Below, piece by piece: positions 1-9,707 of a DNA stretch of 55,679 nt (within the stretch, counting starts at the first letter, position 1; the number at the start of each line of letters is the position of its first letter). Location of the stretch: assembly GCA_018398765.1 (NCBI GenBank), contig JAHBMJ010000144.1, forward strand, positions 1 to 55,679. Direction: 5' to 3'. The notes beneath the pieces were generated by a model. The model had not been told where the DNA came from and did no database searches. It worked only from the letters and a program-made list of their open reading frames with translations. Source of the DNA: Chromera velia. Its lineage: Eukaryota. Both the position numbers and the translations under genes were made by a program.

Positions 1-11
1 GTGTGTGTGTG

Positions 12-46
<35 letters not shown>

Positions 47-84
47 ACAGATAGATAGATAAATAGATAGATCGGTTGATAGAT

Positions 85-121
<37 letters not shown>

Positions 122-157
122 AGATAGATAGATAAATAGATAGATCGGTTGATAGAT

Positions 158-197
<40 letters not shown>

Positions 198-404
198 TTT
201 GCGCGCGTGCATTTTTGCGTATGTGTGTGTGTGTCTCTCTCTCTGCCCTGTTTCTCTTTTTTGTCTGTTGTGTACATAGAGAAAAGGAGGGAGAAGAAGA
301 AAATCATTGTCTGTCTCTGTCTGCCTGTCTGTCTGTCTGTGCATGAAGAATATAGTCTGCCTTTGCGTGAAAAAAGAAGAGAGAGAAACAGAGAGAGCGA
401 CAGG

Positions 405-448
<44 letters not shown>

Positions 449-965
449 CAGTGTGTGAGAGAGAATAGTAACCAAAGGAGGAAAGAGAGTGAGTGAGTGA
501 GTGAGTGAGTGAGAGAGAGAGAGAGAGAAAGGCAGTGTGAGAGAGAGAATGAAATTGAGACGAAGAGTGTCTGAGAAACTGTGCAAGAGTGTTTGTGGAA
601 GGCTCTGCTAGAGAGGGAGACGGTATGAAATCCAAGTGATCAGAGGCCGCTGACAGACTGTCCTTCCTGCTGAAAGCGCCGTCGGGCATCGACCTAATTG
701 TTGAAGTGTTGGTTTTGACGTGTGGTGTGCTTCTTGAAACGTCTCCAGAGAAACGTCGTCGGCCGTCTTGCCATCTGAATCATGGGTTTCTTGCGGTTCA
801 CGTTTAGAAGCACGGACTGGTAGTGGATCATTTTTTCTGTTTGTGTTGTTGGATATCAGTCGGTCTAGAGTATCAGAACCAGAATCAGCGGCTTTTCAAA
901 TGCGAATAGCTCTTTTGGAAAATCCTGAGACCGAAAAAACGATTCTTTCTATTTTGTATGTGCAG

Positions 966-1375
966 ATGAGTTTTGGGAGGTGGTCCTTCACAAGCGCCTC
1001 GGGATGAAGGGGTTGGTGGGGAAGCCCGTGTGTGTGGTGAACCAGGATGGGTTCTATGACGGAACAGTTGCCCAGATGGAAAGGGCCTCAGAAGGGGGGA
1101 TGCTGTACGAGAGCGTGGAGGCCCACTTCCATGTTGAGAAAGATATAGTCAGCGCTCTTGACTGGTTAGAGAAGGCATTCGCTGAGGAGTCGCAGAAGCA
1201 GAAACAGAAGAATTCAAAAGGAAAGGAAACACGCATGTTGGAAAGGGAAGGGTCTGTGGGGGCTCTAGCAGCTCGGGTCGGGAAGGCGTTGTGTGCACCT
1301 GAATTTCTGGTTGGTCTCTCTCTGGGGGTAACTGCCGGTGTCTGTTGGAACTCGTTGAGGGCTGTTGCTTCCTGA
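966..1375 (+). CDS. Terminal exon of a LOG-family (lysine decarboxylase-like / cytokinin riboside 5'-monophosphate phosphoribohydrolase) protein; upstream exons lie outside the window
   Basis: Acceptor tgtgcag|at at 965/966. Exon reads (D)EFWEVVLHKRLGMKGLVGKPVCVVNQDGFYDG, matching the LOG motif GTxDE..E......KPvvllN.dGfyd. Ends with a hydrophobic segment FLVGLSLGVTAGVCW and TGA at 1373-1375. Confidence 0.8.
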
Positions 1376-1720
1376 TCTCATGGTTTGAATAGAGGCACTG
1401 TGAACCCGAAAGCGTTGTAGACTCAAATTCTCTGATCATCGTCTGTACGTCTATTTGTCGATCTGCCTGGCTCGAAAGGATCACAAAGAAAAACATTTTT
1501 TCTGTCTGTGTCTGTCTGTCTGTCTGTCTGTTTGAGTTAAAGGAGGGAGAAGAAGAAGAAACATATAGTCTGTCTGAGTTATCGTGATGTTCTTTTGTCT
1601 TTGTTGCTTTCTTTTTTTTTGTCTGTTGTGTTCACGAAGAAAAGGAGGGAAAGAAACCACATGGTCTGTCTGCTTGTCAAGAAGAGAGGGAGAGAAAGGT
1701 AATGGTGGTAGATCTTAGCA

Positions 1721-1755
<35 letters not shown>

Positions 1756-2611
1756 GCCAAACCCTAGGTGGAGTTATAACTCCCGGGCGCTGTGTTGTTG
1801 TAGCGTTGAAACTAGCGTTGAAGTGCATGTTTAGTGAGACGTTTAGCTTTAGTTGGAAATCTTTCTAGAAATCTTTTGACATTTGGTAAATTTGATATTA
1901 CTAGTTAAGATTTTTCCGCATCTACTTGCCATAAACGGTCATTTTGAAGGTGAATCTTTTTATATGAATTAAGGTGGTGAAAGCCAATACGTCTCCATAC
2001 GAATTAGCTTTGTTTATTATTAAAGAAGTGCAATACAGACAACTTTGTTTACATGATCATGTATCATTATTATTGGCTGGCCTATAAATTAATATAAGTT
2101 ATCATGCAATAATATGTAATACATAGCAATGCATAAGTTTATAGTGATCAATATATAGCATAGAAGCATTAATGTTAATTCCAGGTTTTGTGAGCGGTCT
2201 ACTGCCGACATGTTGGATTACTCCATAGCTAGACCGGCGTTCAAGAAAAAGAAAAAGGGAGGGGGGCTGTTTTAAATAAACTCATGCAGGTAAATATATT
2301 TGAACTTCCGCGTACTGATTCTACTATTGAACGCTTATCACTAATCATGTTCATCTTACAAACCGCACAACATAATGTGCTCATCATCATCGCTAGCATC
2401 ATCGTCATCACATGACGTTCTGAAAAGGGGCTGTGTTGCTAGCTTGCTGTTTGCAGGGAAATATTTGAAGGAGTTTGAAGCGTTGCACTAACGGAATGTA
2501 ACGGGGCTTTTCTGACAAAAACTTACAGAACTTCGAAAGCTGAGGACTTCAATGACCGGGCGCGCAAATCGACCCTGATGAGGAGTTGCATCTATGGTTT
2601 TGCCTTGCCGC

Positions 2612-2703
2612 TGCATGCATGCATGCATGCATGGGGGGACCGAAGAAAAAAAAAAAAATGCATGCATGCGCACATGCATGCATGCATCCGTTTTTTTTTT
2701 TTT
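2612..2703. promoter_or_regulatory. Cluster of tandem TGCATGCA motifs upstream of the secreted-protein gene
   Basis: (TGCA)n runs at 2612-2633 and 2658-2687, flanked by A and T tracts to form an imperfect palindrome. TGCATGCA is a known ApiAP2-bound element in apicomplexans. Confidence 0.45.
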
Positions 2704-2907
2704 GTGGCCGGCACACATATATATATATACATGATCTGTTTGATCATCGGAAACTTACAATTCTTTCTCGAACGGGCACAAGACGGCCTTTTTGCATGGG
2801 TAGACAAAGCTGTAGAGCGAGGACGAGGGTCTCTTTCCAATTCAGCCTGAAACTCAAAGCGTCCTGGAGCGTGCACGGCTGTTCTGTCCAACACTTTCTT
2901 CAACACT

Positions 2908-3737
2908 ATGTCCCTGAGGGTCTTGGTCTTCCTCTCCTTCGCCTGTGTCGCGGCTCTCGGGCTCCACCTCAGGTAGGCAGCGGAAGTCCACAAAAGCAGA
3001 GACAGAAACGTTGCGTTTCATTGCGTTGTTCCAATAAAGACGTCTTTGACTCTCACCGACTTCAACGATCCAAATTAGACCCCTTCAGGCCGTCTCTCGA
3101 TGCTTGAAAGAATATATACTGTCAGACATTGAAATCCTTTACAGATGAGTGGATGAAGACAGAAGACTCCAGCAAAAAGAATGGAAAAGATGTCCGAAAG
3201 GAAAGGGGCAGACACACAGAGAGACTTTTTCTCGAGTGCAGACGGCAGAAAACGGTATGCGGAGACGAAAGACATGCAGACAAACCACAAGATACATGGC
3301 AGCTGAATGCCAACCTGTTTTTGCTGCTATCTCGCTGCCACTCATGCCTTTCCTTTTCCCTCTTCCTCTGTTCTCCCACACGATGCAGGGGCGGATCTGG
3401 AGAATACGCCATTGCCGAGCCGTCCAAATTCCAATGTTGCTGTGCAGGCCAACCCCACGGCAAGAGATCCCAGTATGAAAACCTTCTTGTGGGGGGCACT
3501 GCACGGGAGAAGAATCCAGAGGGTGCTGAAGCGTTCAGCCTCGAGGGCATCTGCAGTGCCAAGTACAAAGGCGCCTGTGAGGCCCAACTCCATCCTGCGA
3601 GCTTTCAGGCAGGCGCACTCTATGTGGTTCCTGAGGGGGAGAACTGTTCCCGGTGCATTCCCCAGAATGACATCTACATGCACGTCGGTTATGAGAGGCC
3701 AGATTATTGCTCCTCATCCTTTGCCCTGAGACCTTAG
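2908..3737 (+). CDS. Small secreted cysteine-rich protein (~137 aa, 2 exons), unknown function
   Basis: Exon 1 is 2908-2972 (MSLRVLVFLSFACVAALGLHL, signal-peptide-like; donor gtaggc). Exon 2 is 3389-3737 (acceptor gatgcag) and joins in phase: R-GGSGEYAIAEPSKFQCCCAG...DYCSSSFALRP*. The mature part has 8 Cys. Confidence 0.7.
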
Positions 3738-4369
3738 GGACTCTCTCTCCCACTGAATTCCTTGAATAAGGGGCAATCACGGAATTGAGCACGTCAAGAC
3801 TCTTGGAGGACACACACACAGTCATCTGGGGAGTGGAAGAATCGTATCGAGTTGCCGTACGTCGCTGCATTTGGTGATCTGCTGTCAGTGATGAGGAAAC
3901 ATGTAGCGTCTGTGCAATCTCAAGCCAGATAAACCAGAGCCAATCGTTGCCAAGTTGAACGCTGGGGCCCTCCATTGCCGGGAGAATTTGGGGAAGGTCC
4001 GATGTACACGTGTTAGCCGTGTTGCTTCTCAATCCATCATCCTTCTGATACGTATTCACAATGAGTCAGAAGATTTCTTCTCGCCGCCGATCTAGCAGAT
4101 TGCGTGCCGTATTTCTGTCGAGTCGATTAGTGAGTCTGTCTGTCTGTCTGCATCCGTTTACGTCTATCTGCTTGTCTGTCTCTGGGTCTGTCTGTGTCCA
4201 TGGCTGCTTACCTGCCTGTCTGTCCGTGTCCGAGTCTGGACTCTAAAAGAAGCAAAGAAAAGGAGGAAAAAACAAACGACATATTCCGCCTGCCGTTCTG
4301 TCTGTCTGTCTGTCTGTCTGACACACGCATGCAGACGCATCCACACACAACACTCACACACACACGCAC

Positions 4370-4400
<31 letters not shown>

Positions 4401-4603
4401 AACACACTCATACATACATGCACCACTCACACACAGTCATGCATGTACGCACACGCAATCTTTCCATCTGGGCGGGCGGTCAAAAGAAGAGATCCAATCA
4501 GAAGAGAGGGTTTTGCTGTGCCTTCAAATGAAAAAGGGAACCCCAGAAGAAGAAATCAAAAGATAAAGGGAACCCCAGAAGAAGAGAGAGGCGACTGTTG
4601 AAC

Positions 4604-5035
4604 ACAAACTCCGTTACCGGCGCCACATCGTGACAGACCCTAAGAAAAAGAAAATGAAAAGAAACGAATTCGTACAGATGGAAAGAATGTGGAAGTGCAA
4701 GAGGGCAACCCTGCACTGGGCAGTGAAGGGCCGCAGGGTACGACTTAAGGCCTGGAGCTCTGGTACCCTTCCACTGAGAGCGCGCCAAAAGAAAAGAATA
4801 AAACAGAAGAGAATGAAAGGAAGGCTCTGTGTGTCCGTCTGTGTCTGTCTGTCTCTCTGTGTCTGCTTGTTTATGTGTCTGTTTGTCTGCCTGTGTCTGC
4901 TTGTTTGTGTGTCTGTCTGTCTGTCTGTCTGCCTATCTGTCTGCCTGCCTGTCTGCCTGTCTGCCTGTCTGTCCGAAAGAAAAGAAACGATTCGGAAAAG
5001 GTGAAGTGAAGAAAAGACGATATATTCTGTCTGTC
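4604..5035. repeat. Dispersed ~400-bp repeat, copy 1 (intergenic)
   Basis: Near-identical to 30746-31100 in the same orientation (core 4618-4773 differs at 8 of 156 nt). Followed by (CTGT)n and a shared tgtccgaaagaaa...gattcggaaaa...aagacgatata segment. Confidence 0.9.
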
Positions 5036-5550
5036 TGCCTGCTTGCCTGCCTGCCTCCAAGAAAAAAAAACACACAGAGTATCTCCCTTTATGACATTAT
5101 TTGTCTGTGGGTTTGTGAGATGGTCCCTTTGTGTCCCTCTGCCGCGGTGCGCCAGTTTATCTCTTATAAGTCAATTTATGACTTCTATTTTTGTCTGTCT
5201 GCCTGAGTCTGCTTTTATTTGTCTCTTTCTTCCTTAAAGTTGAAAGGTTTTAACACTAGGTTTACATTCGTTTCTTCCTTAAAAAATAGTTTATTCATCA
5301 CTATTCAAAAGTTGACTTTGTTCTAGATTTTTTTTCTATTTACAATATTAATAAGTTGAGCACTATATATATATCTAACATTATATTTCACTCTAAGAAA
5401 AAATTAGAAAAAATTTACTATTATGAATGTATCAGTCTTGAAGTTAGCCATCCAATATGCCAGTGCTAAATATGAAACTCATTCTCGAACTTATCAATCA
5501 ATCAATGAATTATAATCGATCAATCACGTCAAGTCTTCCGTATGACGTGC

Positions 5551-5741
5551 CTAGGCCTGGATTCTATATATATATATATATATAATATTTCTATATATAT
5601 TTTCTGAACTAGTTTCTGAACGAGAATATATAATATATAAGTATATTAAAAAAGATATTGCCTCTGTGTGTCATTTCAGTATAATACTACCCATACTGAA
5701 CGAGAATATAACATATATGTATATATAGAATCCAGGCCTAG
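5551..5741. mobile_element. MITE, 191 bp, hAT-like non-autonomous DNA transposon
   Basis: 20-bp perfect TIRs CTAGGCCTGGATTCTATATA / TATATAGAATCCAGGCCTAG. Perfect 8-bp target-site duplication TGACGTGC at 5543-5550 and 5742-5749. Internal direct repeat ctgaacgagaatata. Confidence 0.88.
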
Positions 5742-6220
5742 TGACGTGCTTAAAACAGTGTTGATTCACTGTTGAATCTTGTCCCCTTCTGACTATCGAC
5801 TCCGGTGCAATCAATCTGAATCTATCAAAAAACTCCGGTGGAAACAGTGCATGGTGGAAACAGGAGCAGGTCTACAATACCAAGTTTGCCGAGGCCTGTT
5901 GGTATCAATGATATGAACTCTGGTGGCCCCTGGTCAGACGCATAATAGAGCCTCGCTGGAAAAACAGTATCTTTCGATTGAATGCCAGTACAAGTCAGTC
6001 GGACAGGCGTGCTGGGCATCTCTAACAATTTACAGGAACGGGCTTCGACATGAAGTTGAGTAGTCTTATGTAGTGTTGGGAAGACGTACGGGCAAATTCC
6101 TTCCGATTCCCTCTGGGAGAATGAGAAGGAGAACAGGGTTCAACTATACAAATCTCTCAGACGGATCTGCAGAAAGCGATCTGGAGTTTGAAAAAGAACG
6201 GCAGCAGCTTCCCTCCCTTT

Positions 6221-8232
6221 CTATGCGAGCGGAAGGGCGCGACTGCAACTAAGGTCATCCCTTCCATCTAGCCTTCCATCCGCACCTCCCCGCTGCGGAT
6301 ACTCATCCCTACCATCCCAACCCCTCCCAGAAGTGCGGTCATCCCTTCCATCCGCACCTCCCCGCTGCGGGTACTCATCCCTACCATCCCAACCCCTCCC
6401 AGAAGTGCGGTCATCCCTTCCATCCGCACCTCCCCGCTGCGGGTACTCATCCCTACCATCCCAACCCCTCCCAGAAGTGCGGTCATCCCTTCCATCCGCA
6501 CCTCCCCGTTGCGGGTACTCATCCCTACCATCCCAACCCCTCCTAGAAGTGCGGTCATCCCTTCCATCCGCACCTCCCCGCTGCGGGTACTCATCCCTAC
6601 CATCCCAACCCCTCCCAGAAGTGCGGTCATCCCTTCCATCCGCACCTCCCCGCTGCGGGTACTCATCCCTACCATCCCAACCCCTCCCAGAAGTGCGGTC
6701 ATCCCTTCCATCTAGCCTTCTATCCGCACCTCCCCGCTGCGGGTACTCATCCCTACCATCCCAACCCCTCCCAGAAGTGCGGTCATCCCTTCCATCCGCA
6801 CCTCCCCGCTGCGGGTACTCATCCCTACCATCCCAACCCCTCCCAGAAGTGCGGTCATCCCTTCCATCCGCACCTCCCTCATCCCTACCATCCCAACCCC
6901 TCCCAGAAGTGCGGTCATCCCTTCCATCCGCACCTCCCCGCTGCGGGTACTCATCCCTACCATCCCAACCCCTCCCAGAAGTGCGGTCATCCCTTTCATC
7001 CGCACCTCCCCGCTGCGGGTACTCATCCCTACCATCCCAACCCCTCCCAGAAGTACGGTCATCCCTTCCATCCGCACCTCCCCGCTGCGGGTACTCATCC
7101 CTACCATCCCAACCCCTCCCAGAAGTGCGGTCATCCCTTCCATCCGCACCTTCCCGTTGCGGATACTCATCCCTACCATCCCAACCCCCCCGAAAAGTGC
7201 GGTCATCCCTTCCATCCGCACCTCCCCGTTGCGGGTACTCATCCCTACCATCCCAACCCCCCCGAAAAGTGCGGTCATCGCTTTCATCCGCACCTCCCCG
7301 CTGTGGGCACTCATCCCTACCATCCCAACCCGCCCGAGAAGTGCGGTCATCCCTTCCATCCTCACCACTGAGTAGCGAGCATCCATCCATCCAATCCCGA
7401 CCACTCCGAGAAGTGCGGTCATCCCTTCTGTCCTCACCATCCTGCTGCGAGTATTCGTCTTTTTCGTGCCAGTCTGCCTCTTCATCTGGAAACACATGCT
7501 CGCGTCTCCCACTTTGCGCGTACTCACGCTGCGCTGCCCGCAGCCCGCTTCGATCGTGCATGACAGAGAGCATTTTGAACCACCACCTGTCTCGGTATTC
7601 ATCCGGGTGCTCCTTCATCAACTGAGTCAATACAGTTTTGTGTTGACGAATGAAGCCACGCATGTCCTGGACAGACTCCCAGCTCGCGTGGAACATTTCA
7701 CACCGTTGTCCACCTTGGCACCGTCCTGCATTCTCAGCGGTGTAGCGTGTACACACACGCACAGAAAGACAGGGAAGGACGGCGGGGAGGGGTCGAGGGG
7801 AAAAGGGAGCGTGAGGAAAACTCCGAGCACAAAAAAGTGGAAGGGAAAAGGAGAATGAGAAGGAGAGTCGCGTTGATCATATGGCTGCTTTGCTATCTGC
7901 GTGTCTCCAGTAAAACTGTCCCCCGTAGCACCACTGCCTCCTCACCCACCCTCGCAAGGTGTGTCCACCTACTGTCCTCTTGCCTGGACAAATGCTCTTT
8001 TCCCACCCGCAAAATCACTGACTGAGCAACTCAAATTGGGAGAACAGCAGCAAGACTATTACGTTCAGAAGCAGCGAATCATCGGACTTGACATGCTTCA
8101 AGGATCCGTAGGCAGACAGAACGAAGAGTGTGCTGAAGAGCAAAGAAAGAGCAGACGATCTGAGTTCCTTTCCCCCCTCTTTCTTCACAACAGGAAAAAA
8201 AGAAAGAAAAAAAACAAACAAAGAAACAACGA

Positions 8233-8264
<32 letters not shown>

Positions 8265-8290
8265 AGGGAAGAAAGAAAGAAAGAAAGAAG

Positions 8291-8322
<32 letters not shown>

Positions 8323-8496
8323 AGAAAGAAAGAAAAGAAAGAAAAGAAAGAAAAGAAAGAAAAGAAGAAGAAGAAGAAGAAGAAAAACAAGAAGAAGAAA
8401 AAGAAGAAAAAGAAGAAAAAGACGAAGAAGAAGAAGAAGAAGAAGAAGAAGAAGAAGGAGGAAAAGGAGGAAGAAGAGGAAGAAGAGGAAGAAGAG

Positions 8497-8564
<68 letters not shown>

Positions 8565-9217
8565 AGAAGAAGAGAGAAAAGAAACAGGAATGAATGCATT
8601 AAGGAAAACGCAAACGGATGTGGAAATTTTAACGAGACAGTGACTGGAAAGGGAATGTCTTGTGCAGCACAAAAAGGAAGGAGCACCGGCCGACGAAGGG
8701 ACAAAAGGTGAAAGAGGTCAAGAAGTTACCGCCAGAAGGAAAATGGAGATCGAGGAACGCATCAATCACTTTAGAACGCATGCAGGCCAAAAGATACGAA
8801 CACAGAAACGAAGGCGTCTACGACATTCAATGCAGACAATGTACGTAATGCAGCCAGCTTAATTCTTGTGCCTTGTTTTCCAAAGTGAACCACTCGATCC
8901 TACATTCTACCACCCCAACCTGAGTGATGTGTCCTCAGGAACGATCAAGAAGGATCTGACTGATGAACCTTCGATGCACAACAGCAGGACCCGCAGCAGT
9001 ATTGAAACAAAAGGCAGAATTCGTGAGCTTGCTTTAGATTCGCTCGTTTCCTTTCCTGATAAAAGGATGGACAGAGACAGAGATGACATGCTCAATTGTT
9101 CACGCACTCGCACAGCAAGAAGCGTTTGGTGCTTGAATCAGACTGGCCTGAAGCATAGTAGTGGAAGCAGCGTGGACGCTCCTGGCACCTTCGTTGTTCC
9201 ACAAGTGACTCTATGAA
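6221..9217 (-). CDS. CCCH zinc-finger protein with a long charged G/R/D-rich 24-aa tandem-repeat C-terminus
   Basis: Exon 9217-9148 (FIESLVEQRRCQERPRCFHYYASG; may extend to ATG 9295) joined in phase 1 to exon 7725-6221 (RCQGGQRCEMFH...) gives a canonical C-x8-C-x5-C-x3-H finger. The join needs a GC donor (GCCAGT). The long exon is open through the repeat to the stop at 6221. Confidence 0.65.
6256..7430. repeat. 72-bp coding minisatellite, ~15 near-perfect copies plus degenerate ones
   Basis: aagtgcggtcatccc recurs every 72 nt (6331, 6403, ...) and encodes GWDGRDEYPQRGGADGRDDRTSGR on the minus strand. Indels are in-frame 12-nt units. Confidence 0.95.
8195..8585. repeat. (GAAA)n/(GAA)n purine-rich microsatellite within a predicted intron
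   Basis: Directly visible low-complexity tract. Confidence 0.95.
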
Positions 9218-9707
9218 CTGCAGTGAGAAATTGGCAACCGCAAAATTATTCGTTTCATGGCGTTGCAGGAAACCGCTGCTGAACGGCAACTCCATAAAAA
9301 AGAGACAGGACGGGCAGAAAAAGAATCGCAGCCATGGATGAGAGGAAAATATATACCTTTAAAGACACCCAGACGAGCCTGCTATCCCACTGTTCTGTCC
9401 CATTCTTCTTAGAACGCTATCTCGTTTTGCCCATCCAGGACTCCGTGGCCGCCGTTCGTACTTCTCTTGCTTGCCCGAGCAACTTTTGCTGGATGCACCC
9501 TCTTTCTTCCCACAGTGTGGTCTTTTATCGATTTCTCCCACTTCCAAATTTACGTATCATTCCCTTCCCCCTCCCGTCTTCTCGCCTCCTGTCGTTTCCT
9601 CAGCCGGGGCGTCTTCCCTCTCAAGCCCTCACATTGCGGCCTCGGTTTCTCCATGCATCCCCTCTGAGCTCGCTCTGGAAGACTCGGTTCTCCTTCCGAA
9701 GAAGAAA

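Noticed and set aside
4770..4800. Hammerhead ribozyme in the dispersed repeat
   Set aside because: CTGAGAG does not fit the CUGANGA core, and no correctly placed GAAA with stems II/III was found.
6333..7625. 430-aa plus-strand Pro/Ser-rich ORF and the alternative minus-frame ORFs over the 72-bp repeat
   Set aside because: They are open only because the repeat unit lacks stops. Only the 6221-7725 frame links to a CCCH finger and a splice acceptor.
7901..8711. Lys/Arg/Glu- or Ser/Phe-rich ORFs
   Set aside because: Translations of the (GAA)n/(GAAA)n microsatellite in a predicted intron.
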